A DNA stretch of 41,140 nt from Sandaracinaceae bacterium (GTDB lineage: Bacteria > Myxococcota_A > Polyangia > Polyangiales > Sandaracinaceae), in assembly GCA_044220955.1 (NCBI GenBank), contig JBGAQA010000058.1:1-41140 (forward strand), in the 5' to 3' direction. The notes under the pieces are model-generated. The model made no database searches, was not told the DNA's origin, and was given only the letters and a program-made list of their open reading frames with translations. The position numbers were made by a program, and so were the translations under genes. Each line of letters starts with the position of its first letter. Position 1 is the first letter of the stretch. This document shows, in pieces, positions 17,557 through 25,853 of the stretch.

Positions 17557-20085
17557 CTACATCGGTGCGCCGCAGTACACGCCGCGGAACTGCGTGATGT
17601 TGTTGGCTTCGCGGCACTCGCCCGCGACCGAGCCGTCGTCGGCGACGACCCAGATGTCGACGCCTGGCATCCCCGCCGGCGCTCCGGGCCAGGCGCACTC
17701 CACGTTCTCGCACATGCCGACCATCAGGTCGCCGACGCTCGCGCTGTCGCAGATGCGCGTGCCGCCCATCGCCGGGTCGCCGACGTAGAACCCGACCGTG
17801 ACGCCCGAGCCGACCGGCTCGCTGCCGCGGTTGCAGATCCGGGCCGTCAGCCGGGCCCCCATCGAGTCGCAGACGAGCGGGCTTCCGCTCGTCGTGAGGT
17901 CGGGCGAGGCGCCGGGCATCGCGCTGCCCGGGACGTTCTGACGGAAGTTGTCGAGCGTCGGGTCGAGCCAGTTCGACATCGTCGCGCTGGTCCGCGGGAT
18001 CCGCCCGAACTCCTCGGTGTTGGTCACGAAGTACGCGTGCTGGTTCCACGTCATCCGCGAGCGGACCCAGCGGTCCGCGCCGTCGCGGTAGACGCGGATG
18101 CCGAGCGTGCCGACCGGGCGCGACGCGCGGCAGGTGTTGCCCGTGCCCGGCGTCCCCGCGGGCGGTGCCGTACAGACGAAGGTCGCGCACCCGGCCATGC
18201 CCGCCGGGCAGCACTCCGTGTCGGCGGTGCACCGGCAGAAGCCGCTGTCGCAGTGCCCGCTGAGGCACTCGGTGTCGTCCGCGCAGCGCAGGCCCGCGAA
18301 GAGCGGATCGGTGTTGTTCGCGTCGAGGCCGAAGGGGGTGCAGTCGCGGCCGGTCGTGCCGGGCGGGTTGCAGTTCCAGTTGTCGCCGATGACGATCTCG
18401 GCGTTGTAGTCGCCGTCCACGTCGGCGACGACCGGGTTCTCGTACCAGGTGCAGGACGAGCGGCTCTGGCTGAAGAGCACCGTACCGTCGCGCCCGTCGT
18501 ACACGCGCAGGAAGCACTCGTCGCCGTACACGGCCTCGGCGCGACCGTCGGCCTCGAAGTCGAAGATGCTGGAGCCCGTGACGTTGCTCGACTGGTCCTG
18601 CGATCGCTGCGACCAGAGCACGCCGGTGGTGCTGGAGGTCGAGCAGCTGCCGACGGGCGTCCCGAGGCAGTCCAGGTCGAACACCGAGTACGCGGCCGCG
18701 CCGGCGCTCGCGAACTCGGCCCGGCCGTCTCCGTCGAAGTCGCCGATGGTCGGCGGGCCACCCGTGCCGCCGCCGGGCAGCGTGACCGGGCCGAACACCA
18801 CCGTGCCATCGAGCGTCTGGACGCGCGCCGCGCCCGACGCGATGACGGCGACCTCCGGCGTGGCGCTCGGCCACGCGTTCGCGCCGGGGAAGTCGCCGAA
18901 GTCGGCGATCGCGACGTGGCCCGCGCTCGTCGACGTGGTGACGAAGGCCTCCGGCGTCCACGTGCGGCTCGACGTGCTCCACTGCCACACGCCGTCGCCT
19001 GCGACGAACTCGGGCGCGCCGTCCGCGTCGACGTCGGCGACCACGCCGAAGATGCCCTGACCGTAGTTGTGCGCGCCGAGCGAGGCGTCGTCGACGAGAC
19101 AGCCGTCGTGCCCGAGCACGATCCCGCCGCGCAGCACCTCGGGCAGGCCGTCGTCGTCGAGATCGGTGAGCGTGGGCCCAGCCCAGCCGCCGCCGGTGAT
19201 GGCGTAGGGCGTCGTGCAGTCCGCCATCGTGGACCGCCAGAGCACGCGCCAGGCCGCCGTCGTCGTGTCGTACGTGAACGCGACGAGGCCGCCGCCGGCC
19301 TGGAAGGCGACGATCTCGGGCCGGCCGTCGCCGTCGAGGTCGCCGAGCGCCGGTGGCGAGCTGTGCGAGACGAGCTGGAGCGAGCCGAGCTCGGCCTGCT
19401 GCACGCAGCTCGCGCCGTCGAGGATGCGGATGACGCCCGTCGGCAGCTCGCTGCTCCCGTCGACGCCATCGTCGAAGACCGCGACGATCGAGGGGCGGCG
19501 CGGCGCATCGGGGCCGCGGCCGATGCCGAAGTCGACCACCATCGGCGTCGAGAGCACGTGCAGGTTCGCGGGGAACGGATCGCCCGCCGGAGCGCTGTCG
19601 AACGCGCACTGCACGGTCGGCGCGAACGTGCCCGCCGCGATGAGGCGGGTGCAGCTCGGGTCCGAGTCGTGTCCGGGCGGCGTGCCGTAGGGGATGCAGT
19701 GCATCGTCGTCGGATCACAGTACGTGTCGCCAGCGCACGTATCGGTCGTCGTGCACGAGCCGCCGTCGCGGACGCAGCTCGTGCCGCCGTAGCAGAGCTC
19801 CGTCGCGCGGCAGCACTCGGTGCCGCAGACGCTCGCGCTCGCGCACTCGGCGGCGTCGGCGTTGGCGTCGACGTTCGCGTCCATCCGCGGGCCCGCATCG
19901 ACGTGGACGCCGCTGTCCGGGCCGTTGCAGAAGCCGTCGATGCAGACATCGCCGCCGCTACAGTCGCGGCTCGTCGTGCACATCCGCCTCGTGACGGCCG
20001 GCCCCGCGCAGTCGCAGCCCGCCGCAGAGAATGAGAGCAGCACGGCCCCTGCCGCTGCCGCGTGGAAGAATGCCGTTCGCCGCAT
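17557..20085 (-). CDS. FG-GAP/VCBS beta-propeller lipoprotein with C-terminal CARDB-like Ig domain
   Basis: Start MRRTAFF (ATG 20085), lipobox AAGC. Repeated DLDGDGRPEI/DVDADGAPEF/DFDGDGRAEF Ca-binding loops, SSIFDFEADGRAEAVYGDE, WNQHAYFVTN; C-terminal ARICNRGS...VGFY...ECREANN. Confidence 0.88.
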   Translation of the reverse strand: MRRTAFFHAAAAGAVLLSFSAAGCDCAGPAVTRRMCTTSRDCSGGDVCIDGFCNGPDSGVHVDAGPRMDANVDANADAAECASASVCGTECCRATELCYGGTSCVRDGGSCTTTDTCAGDTYCDPTTMHCIPYGTPPGHDSDPSCTRLIAAGTFAPTVQCAFDSAPAGDPFPANLHVLSTPMVVDFGIGRGPDAPRRPSIVAVFDDGVDGSSELPTGVIRILDGASCVQQAELGSLQLVSHSSPPALGDLDGDGRPEIVAFQAGGGLVAFTYDTTTAAWRVLWRSTMADCTTPYAITGGGWAGPTLTDLDDDGLPEVLRGGIVLGHDGCLVDDASLGAHNYGQGIFGVVADVDADGAPEFVAGDGVWQWSTSSRTWTPEAFVTTSTSAGHVAIADFGDFPGANAWPSATPEVAVIASGAARVQTLDGTVVFGPVTLPGGGTGGPPTIGDFDGDGRAEFASAGAAAYSVFDLDCLGTPVGSCSTSSTTGVLWSQRSQDQSSNVTGSSIFDFEADGRAEAVYGDECFLRVYDGRDGTVLFSQSRSSCTWYENPVVADVDGDYNAEIVIGDNWNCNPPGTTGRDCTPFGLDANNTDPLFAGLRCADDTECLSGHCDSGFCRCTADTECCPAGMAGCATFVCTAPPAGTPGTGNTCRASRPVGTLGIRVYRDGADRWVRSRMTWNQHAYFVTNTEEFGRIPRTSATMSNWLDPTLDNFRQNVPGSAMPGASPDLTTSGSPLVCDSMGARLTARICNRGSEPVGSGVTVGFYVGDPAMGGTRICDSASVGDLMVGMCENVECAWPGAPAGMPGVDIWVVADDGSVAGECREANNITQFRGVYCGAPM

Positions 20086-20116
20086 TGGAAGAGTATAGAG
20101 GCATACTCGGCGGGCC

Positions 20117-21313
20117 GTGAGCGGGGCGATCGAGATCTCGGCGAGCGACGCGGCGCGGGCGCTGATCGAGCACCTGGGGCTCGCCCGCTTCGAGCAGGCG
20201 CGAGGGGCGGCCGGCGTGCGGGCCGTGCTCGAGCGCCTCGGCGCCATCCAGCTCGATCCCCTCGACGCGATCGGCACGAACGCCGACCTGGTGGTCCTCG
20301 CTCGGGTGCGCGGGATCCGCCGCGGAGACGTGTACTCGGCGCTCCTGCCGCGGCACGCCTTCGAGCACTTCGCGAAGGAGCGCTGCTTGTTGCCCGCGCG
20401 CGCGTTTCCGTTCTACCGCGACCGGATGGTCGAGACGCCCTGGTGGCGCAGCGGCGAGCGAGCGGCGCGCGTGTCCGTGGCGACGCTCGAAGCAGTGGAG
20501 GCGGAGGTCCGCGCGCGCGGGCCCATCACGGCCAGCGAGCTCTCCGACCAGGGCGCCGTCGAGCCGCTCGACTGGAGCGGGTGGAAGGGCACGTCGAGGG
20601 CCGCGACGATGGCGCTCGAGATGCTCTGGACGCGCTGCGCGGTCGTGGTCACGGGCCGGCGCGGTCGCGAGAAGGTGTACGACGTCCCGGAGCGCGCGCT
20701 CCCCGCGCACCACGCGCTACCGCCGCGCGAGGCGTTCGAGCGCTGGGCGCTGATCGAGCGCGTGACGAGCGCGGGGCTGCTCGCCGAGTCGACGAATCCG
20801 TCGTGGTCGATGCTGACGGGCGTGCGCCGCGGGCCCCTCGTGGACGAGCTCGTCCGCGAGGGATGCCTGGAGCGCGTCGCCGTTCGTGGCAAGCGCGGCA
20901 CGTACCTCGCGCCCGGTGGCCTCTGCGATCGGCCGCACACGCGCCTGGACGATGCGATGCGGATCCTGGGCCCGCTCGACCCGGTGCTCTGGGACCGTGG
21001 GCTCGTGCGCCACGCGTTCGGCTTCGAGTACGTGTGGGAGGTCTACAAGCCCGCGCACCAGCGCCGGTGGGGGTGGTACGTGTGTCCGCTGCTCCATCGT
21101 GGACGCCTCGTCGGGCGCATCGACGCGCGCGTCGAGGGTGCGACGCTCGTCGTCGAACGCGTCTTCCGCGAGGAGGGCGTTTCGCTCGACGAGGACGCGC
21201 TCGCGCTCTGCCTCGAGCGTCACGCCGAGGCCTGCGGCGCCAGCGCCGTGCGCCTCGTCAGGTCCAGGCGAACGCCTCGATCGCGCGCGCGAGCTCCACG
21301 TCGAGGGCCGTGA
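20117..21313 (+). CDS. YcaQ/AlkZ-like (HTH_42) interstrand-crosslink DNA glycosylase
   Basis: IQLDPL (QxD motif), LGPLDPVLWDR..FGFEYVWEVYKP..RRWGWYVCPLL...LVGRID motif block. Confidence 0.88.
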   Translation: MSGAIEISASDAARALIEHLGLARFEQARGAAGVRAVLERLGAIQLDPLDAIGTNADLVVLARVRGIRRGDVYSALLPRHAFEHFAKERCLLPARAFPFYRDRMVETPWWRSGERAARVSVATLEAVEAEVRARGPITASELSDQGAVEPLDWSGWKGTSRAATMALEMLWTRCAVVVTGRRGREKVYDVPERALPAHHALPPREAFERWALIERVTSAGLLAESTNPSWSMLTGVRRGPLVDELVREGCLERVAVRGKRGTYLAPGGLCDRPHTRLDDAMRILGPLDPVLWDRGLVRHAFGFEYVWEVYKPAHQRRWGWYVCPLLHRGRLVGRIDARVEGATLVVERVFREEGVSLDEDALALCLERHAEACGASAVRLVRSRRTPRSRARAPRRGP

Positions 21314-21548
21314 CCTTGTTCCCTGCGTCGTGGGTGCGCAGCAGGATCTCCACGCGCCCGTAGACGTTCTTGATCTCGGGGTGGTGGTCCCGCTGCTCGG
21401 CCTCGAACGAGAGGCGAACGAGGAAGCTCATGGCCTCGCGGAAGTCCTTCAGCTGGTAGGTCTTCTGCAGGGCGTCGCCTTCGTGGCGCCAGCCGGCGAG
21501 CTCGCCGAGCGCGGACCGGATCTCGTCGGGCGTCAGGGCACGTCTCAC
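21258..21548 (-). CDS. Pterin-4-alpha-carbinolamine dehydratase (PhhB/PCD family)
   Basis: AEQRDHHPEI, LRTHDAG..VTALDVELA. GTG start overlaps the upstream stop (GTGA); purine-rich RBS. Confidence 0.93.
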   Translation of the reverse strand: MRRALTPDEIRSALGELAGWRHEGDALQKTYQLKDFREAMSFLVRLSFEAEQRDHHPEIKNVYGRVEILLRTHDAGNKVTALDVELARAIEAFAWT

Positions 21549-22651
21549 GTCGGGTCCTTCCTCTTCACGCCGAGGCCTGGCGCGACACCGAGGACCAGGC
21601 GTGGTCCCGCGGCCTCCCAGCCGCCCTGGTAGGGATCGTCCGCGAGCAGGAGCGCCGTGTCGAGGTCCACCCAGTCGACGCCGCCGAGCGCCCACACGAC
21701 GTGCGCCATGCTGACGAGGCCGAGGCGCGACTCCACCATCGCGCCCGCCATGAGCCGGAGGCCCTCGTCGCGGGCGCGCATCCCGAGGCGGTGAGCGTCG
21801 AGCAGGCCCCCGAGCTTGACGAGCTTGAGGTTGATCGCGCTCGCCGCGCCGGCCGCGAGCAGCGCGTCGAGGTCGTCGTCGCTCCCGACCGACTCGTCGG
21901 CGACGACGGGCACGCCCGCGTTCCGGGTGACCTCGGCCATCCCCGCGAGGTCGCGCTTGCCGCAGGGTTGCTCGAAGCACTCGACGCGTGCGCGCGCGTC
22001 CTTCAGGGCGTCGAGCAGCGCGAGGGCGTCGGCCGCGACGTAGCCGGCGTTCGCGTCGAGCCGGATCCGGGCTCCCGGGACCGCCTCGAGCACGGCGCGC
22101 AGGGCGCGCACGTCCGCCTCGCGATCCCTGCCGACCTTCACCTTGAAGCAGTCGAACCCGCGCGCAGCCCAGCCCGTCGCGAGGGCCGCCGCATGCGTCG
22201 GGTCGCGCGGGAGGGGGAGCGTGATGTCGGTGTGGAGCGTGATGCCGCACGCGCTCGCGCTCTCGTCGAGGAGCCGCGCGACCGGCGCGCCCGCGAGCTG
22301 GCCGAGCGCGTCGGCGAGCGCCGCCTCGAGCCCGGCGCGGAAGACCGGCATTCCGGCGGCCGCCATGTCGAGCAGGGCGCTCGCCTCGCGCAGGCCGCCG
22401 AAGGGGCGGCCGACGATCAGCAAGCTCGCGCGCGCCAGGCGCTCGAGGATCGCGCCGTCGCTCTCCGCGGTGACAGGCGGCAGCGTCGCCGCTTCGCCGA
22501 TTCCGAGCGCGGACGCGCCGTCTTCGCGTCCGACGCGCAGCTCGATCTCGAGCGCGCGCGTCTCGGTCATGGTCCCCGACGCGATGACGAAGGGCTCGAT
22601 CAGCGGGATGCGCAGCGGGCGCGCGTCGATCGCGGTGATTCGCAGCAGCAT
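21545..22651 (-). CDS. Dipeptide (L-Ala-D/L-Glu-like) epimerase, enolase superfamily
   Basis: KVKVG, DANAG, EQP, ADES, NLKLVKLGG, GAMVES and the DLD motif diagnostic of dipeptide epimerases. Confidence 0.9.
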   Translation of the reverse strand: MLLRITAIDARPLRIPLIEPFVIASGTMTETRALEIELRVGREDGASALGIGEAATLPPVTAESDGAILERLARASLLIVGRPFGGLREASALLDMAAAGMPVFRAGLEAALADALGQLAGAPVARLLDESASACGITLHTDITLPLPRDPTHAAALATGWAARGFDCFKVKVGRDREADVRALRAVLEAVPGARIRLDANAGYVAADALALLDALKDARARVECFEQPCGKRDLAGMAEVTRNAGVPVVADESVGSDDDLDALLAAGAASAINLKLVKLGGLLDAHRLGMRARDEGLRLMAGAMVESRLGLVSMAHVVWALGGVDWVDLDTALLLADDPYQGGWEAAGPRLVLGVAPGLGVKRKDPT

Positions 22652-22661
22652 GGCCGCCCGA

Positions 22662-23924
22662 TCATAGCCGGATCTTCTTGAGCCGCTGCGTCACGTCGCG
22701 CGAGAGCGCCAGCTCCTGATCGCGCGGGAGCGAGGTCGTGGCGGCGAAGAGCGCGAAGGCGCTGAGCTCGTGGAATGCCTGGAGAAGCCCCTCCATCGGG
22801 TTGTCGATCTGCACGGCCGAGAGCGCCGTCACGACCCAGTCCGCGTCGACCGCGCCGTCGTCGAGCACCCGCTCGCCGAAGATCGGCCCGTAGCCGCTCC
22901 CCTGGATCCACGCCTCCAGGGTCGATCGCGTCGTGTCCATGCCGCCGTACGCGGCGACGGCCATGAACACGTCCCGCAGGACGGCGTTGAACTCGGAGAC
23001 GAGCTTGCGGATCGTGTCCTCGTCGATCGTCTTCTTGGTGCGCAGGAAGAGCATCCCCTGCTGCGTGAGGCCGTAGACGGCCTTCGTCGTGAGGAACTCC
23101 CCGAGGCCCGTCTCGCGGCTGATGTCGTCGATCGTCCGCACGCCGTCCGAGTACGCGAGCACCAGCTGCGCGGTCTGATCGAGGTTGTGCGCGCTCGTGC
23201 GCGGCTGGATCTCGGGCACGAGCCCGCCGTGTGGCACGCGCTCGCGGAAGAGCGCCATCTCGTCGATGCGCTGCACTCCCTCCATCAGCAGGCCGTTGAC
23301 CGAGAGGTGCACGGAGTGGACGGGCGCGTCGGCGGACTCGTCGGGGAGCGCGAACACGTACGAGCCCTCGCGGGCCAGCAGCGCCGAGAAGAAGATCTGC
23401 TCGATCTGCGCGCGGAGCTGCACGAAGAGCTGATCCTGCGTGAGGAACCCCTTGTCGAGGACGAGGGTGCCGAAGCGGCGCTCGGGATCGACCTCGGCGA
23501 GCACCTCTTCGAGCTGCGTCTTGGTGAGCACGCCGTTGCGGTAGAGCACCTGGCCGAGCCGGTCGTCGGGGTGGTCGCTGCGTGCGCCCTTCAGCGCGCC
23601 CTGGTCGAGCACCAGGACCCTGTTGCCGTCGGGTGCGTAGAGGTGCAGCTCGCCGCGCCAGTTGGCGCTCGCGATGACGTTGATCATCTCGAGGACGGTC
23701 ATCCGCGAGACGATCTCGCCCGCCATGAGCACGCGCGCGCGGGGGCTCGCCGGCGACTCGGCAGACTCGGCGCCGGGCTCCGAGCGGAGCACGAGCAGGC
23801 CCGGCGCATCGGCGACGAGGCGGTAGCGGCCGGCGCGATCGCGCAGGCGCCGATCCGCGCCGCGCCCGGGGACGCGGACGGATCCGTCGGCCTCGACGAT
23901 CACGAGATCGGGCGGCTCGGCCAC
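22662..23924 (-). CDS. DUF4388 domain protein with MshEN-like motifs
   Basis: LMAGEI..TVLEMI......WRGEL...DQGAL..ARS...DDRLGQVL...REGSYVF and LLMEGVQRIDEM. GTG start 23924; the upstream part of the track ORF is the antisense shadow of the kinase gene. Confidence 0.85.
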   Translation of the reverse strand: MAEPPDLVIVEADGSVRVPGRGADRRLRDRAGRYRLVADAPGLLVLRSEPGAESAESPASPRARVLMAGEIVSRMTVLEMINVIASANWRGELHLYAPDGNRVLVLDQGALKGARSDHPDDRLGQVLYRNGVLTKTQLEEVLAEVDPERRFGTLVLDKGFLTQDQLFVQLRAQIEQIFFSALLAREGSYVFALPDESADAPVHSVHLSVNGLLMEGVQRIDEMALFRERVPHGGLVPEIQPRTSAHNLDQTAQLVLAYSDGVRTIDDISRETGLGEFLTTKAVYGLTQQGMLFLRTKKTIDEDTIRKLVSEFNAVLRDVFMAVAAYGGMDTTRSTLEAWIQGSGYGPIFGERVLDDGAVDADWVVTALSAVQIDNPMEGLLQAFHELSAFALFAATTSLPRDQELALSRDVTQRLKKIRL

Positions 23925-23999
23925 GTTCGGCAGGTTACACGAGCGATCCCGCGGGGTGGAAGGGAATGGCGAGCCGGGCGGCGGCGGTATAGTCGAGCG

Positions 24000-25034
24000 G
24001 TGCCGCTGTCCGCGACGCTCCGCGCCCTGGCTGCGCCCCGCCGTGCGGTACCGCTCGCGGTGGTGCTGGCGGCGATGCTGGGCTCGGAGTGGCTGGCGTC
24101 CCGCTCGTTCGCGGCGTGCGCGGTCGACCTCGCGCTCTTTGCGGCGTTCTGCGTGCTCGCGCCGGCGTCGTGGCGCGCGGCCGCGGCGAGGGTCCGAGCC
24201 GGGACGCGGGGGACGGCCGCGTACCTCGCGTTCGCCATGCTCGGTGCCGCCGTGGTCGCCCTCGCCGCGGTGCTCCCACTCCTCGCCGGGCTCCGCGGCA
24301 CGTACGTCGTCGATCCGCCTTCGCTCGGCCTCTTGCTCGTGCTCTTCCTCGTCGGGGGCTGGGGGCTCGGCCGCGACGTCGATCTCGAGGAGGGGATCGA
24401 GTCGGCCGAGCGACGCGCGGACCGCCTGGCCCTCGACGCGGAGCGGGCGCGCGTGCTCGCGATGCGCGCGCAGCTCGATCCGCACTTTCTCTTCAACACG
24501 CTGAACGCCATCGCCGAGTGGTGCCGGCAGGACCCGGCGCTCGCGGAGCGCGCGACCCTCGACCTCGCCGCGATGCTGCGCGCGATCTCCGAGGCCGCGA
24601 GCCAGCCGAGCTGGCCGCTGGCGCGCGAGGTCGAGCTGATGCAGCAGCTCACGGAGCTCTACGCCGCTCGCGACCGGGAGCGCTTTCGCTTCGTGCTCGA
24701 CCTCCCGGGTCCGATGCCGGCGCTCGAGGTGCCGCCGATGCTCTTCCTTCCGCTGCTCGAGAACGCGATCACGCACGGTCCCGCCGCCGGGCACGCGGGT
24801 GAGATCGTGGTGAGGCTCCGCGTGCGTGCGGGCGTGGTCGAGCTCGAGATCGTGAACCCGGGCGCGTTCGCAGGCCGGCGTGCCGGAGGGCAGGGCATCG
24901 CGATGGTGGAGCGCCGGCTCGCCCTCGCGTACGCGGCGGCGGCGACGCTCTCGGTCCGCCCTGCGGACGACAAGACGATCACCCAGGTGTCGATGCCGCT
25001 CGCTCCGGTCGCGGCGGAGGCGATGGCGTCGTGA
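24000..25034 (+). CDS. LytS/YehU-family sensor histidine kinase
   Basis: About 4 N-terminal TMs; RAQLDPHFLFNTLNAI, PPMLFLPLLENAITHG, GQGIAMVERRL. GTG start 6 nt after TATAGT. Confidence 0.93.
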   Translation: MPLSATLRALAAPRRAVPLAVVLAAMLGSEWLASRSFAACAVDLALFAAFCVLAPASWRAAAARVRAGTRGTAAYLAFAMLGAAVVALAAVLPLLAGLRGTYVVDPPSLGLLLVLFLVGGWGLGRDVDLEEGIESAERRADRLALDAERARVLAMRAQLDPHFLFNTLNAIAEWCRQDPALAERATLDLAAMLRAISEAASQPSWPLAREVELMQQLTELYAARDRERFRFVLDLPGPMPALEVPPMLFLPLLENAITHGPAAGHAGEIVVRLRVRAGVVELEIVNPGAFAGRRAGGQGIAMVERRLALAYAAAATLSVRPADDKTITQVSMPLAPVAAEAMAS

Positions 25035-25753
25035 GCGGCGCTGGCCTGCGCGTCCTCTTCGCCGACGACGAGCAGATGGCGCGCAAGCGCGTGCGTCGCT
25101 TGCTCGAGGCGATCGAGGGCGTCGAGATCGTCGCGGAGTGCGAGAGCGGCGAGGCGGCGTTGCGCGAGCTCGACCGGATCGACGTGGACGTGGCGCTGCT
25201 CGACGTGCGGATGGGCGCGCTCTCCGGGCTCGACGTGGCGCGCGTGGCCGAGGAGCTCGGCGTGGAGGTGGTGTTCACCACGGCGCACGCCGAGCACGCC
25301 GTCTCGGCCTTCGAGCGCGGGGCCGTGGACTACGTGCTGAAGCCGATCGAGGCGGGCCGGCTCGAGCAGGCCCTCGCCCGGGCTGCGCGGCGGATCACCC
25401 GACCGGTCGCGCGAGCGGCGGCGCCGGTCCCGGAGCGCGTGGCGCTCGAGGTGCGCGCAGAGGTGAGGCTCGTTCGCGCCGCCGACGTCACGCACGCGCT
25501 CCACGATGGGGCGCTCGTGACGCTCTTCGTGGGCGCAGAGGCGCTCTTGACCGAGAAGTCGCTCACGGAGCTGGAGAGCGCCTTCCCGGGGCTCACGCGC
25601 GTGCACCGCCGCGCGCTCCTCTCGCTCGCGCACGTCGAGCGGCTCCGTCCGCAGGGCAGCGGGGGCTACCTGGCGCTCGTCCCGCCGGATCACGAGGTGC
25701 CGGTCTCGCGGCAGGCGGCGCGTGCGCTGCGTCGCCAGCTCGGGATCGCGTAG
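25031..25753 (+). CDS. LytTR-family response regulator
   Basis: ADDE, LLDVRM, FTTAH, AVDYVLKP receiver motifs; RVHRRALL and VPVSR LytTR motifs; GTGA coupling to the kinase. Confidence 0.95.
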   Translation: MSGAGLRVLFADDEQMARKRVRRLLEAIEGVEIVAECESGEAALRELDRIDVDVALLDVRMGALSGLDVARVAEELGVEVVFTTAHAEHAVSAFERGAVDYVLKPIEAGRLEQALARAARRITRPVARAAAPVPERVALEVRAEVRLVRAADVTHALHDGALVTLFVGAEALLTEKSLTELESAFPGLTRVHRRALLSLAHVERLRPQGSGGYLALVPPDHEVPVSRQAARALRRQLGIA

Positions 25754-25761
25754 CGCGCCGC

Positions 25762-25807
25762 CCGCTCAGCGCGCCTGGCCGCTCGGAGCTCGATCGCGAC
25801 CGCTCAC
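25762..25807 (+). promoter_or_regulatory. Candidate LytTR binding direct repeats
   Basis: CCGCTC(A/G) at 25762, 25779 and 25800; the last two are 21 bp apart, the typical LytTR repeat spacing. Confidence 0.45.
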
Positions 25808-25853
25808 GCAGCCGGCGTGGGCTCGCCCGGTCTCGCGGCCCCAGCGTGCAGGC

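Noticed and set aside
15379..17597. ORFs with RSRSRS/SESESE/SLSLSL runs crossing the repeat region
   Set aside because: These are translations of hexamer microsatellites that overlap real genes; no coding signal.
22662..25034. Long overlapping 710-aa and 754-aa ORFs suggesting a large bidirectional overlap
   Set aside because: The likely starts are 23924 (-) and 24000 (+), each preceded by a TANNNT; the extensions are antisense shadows.
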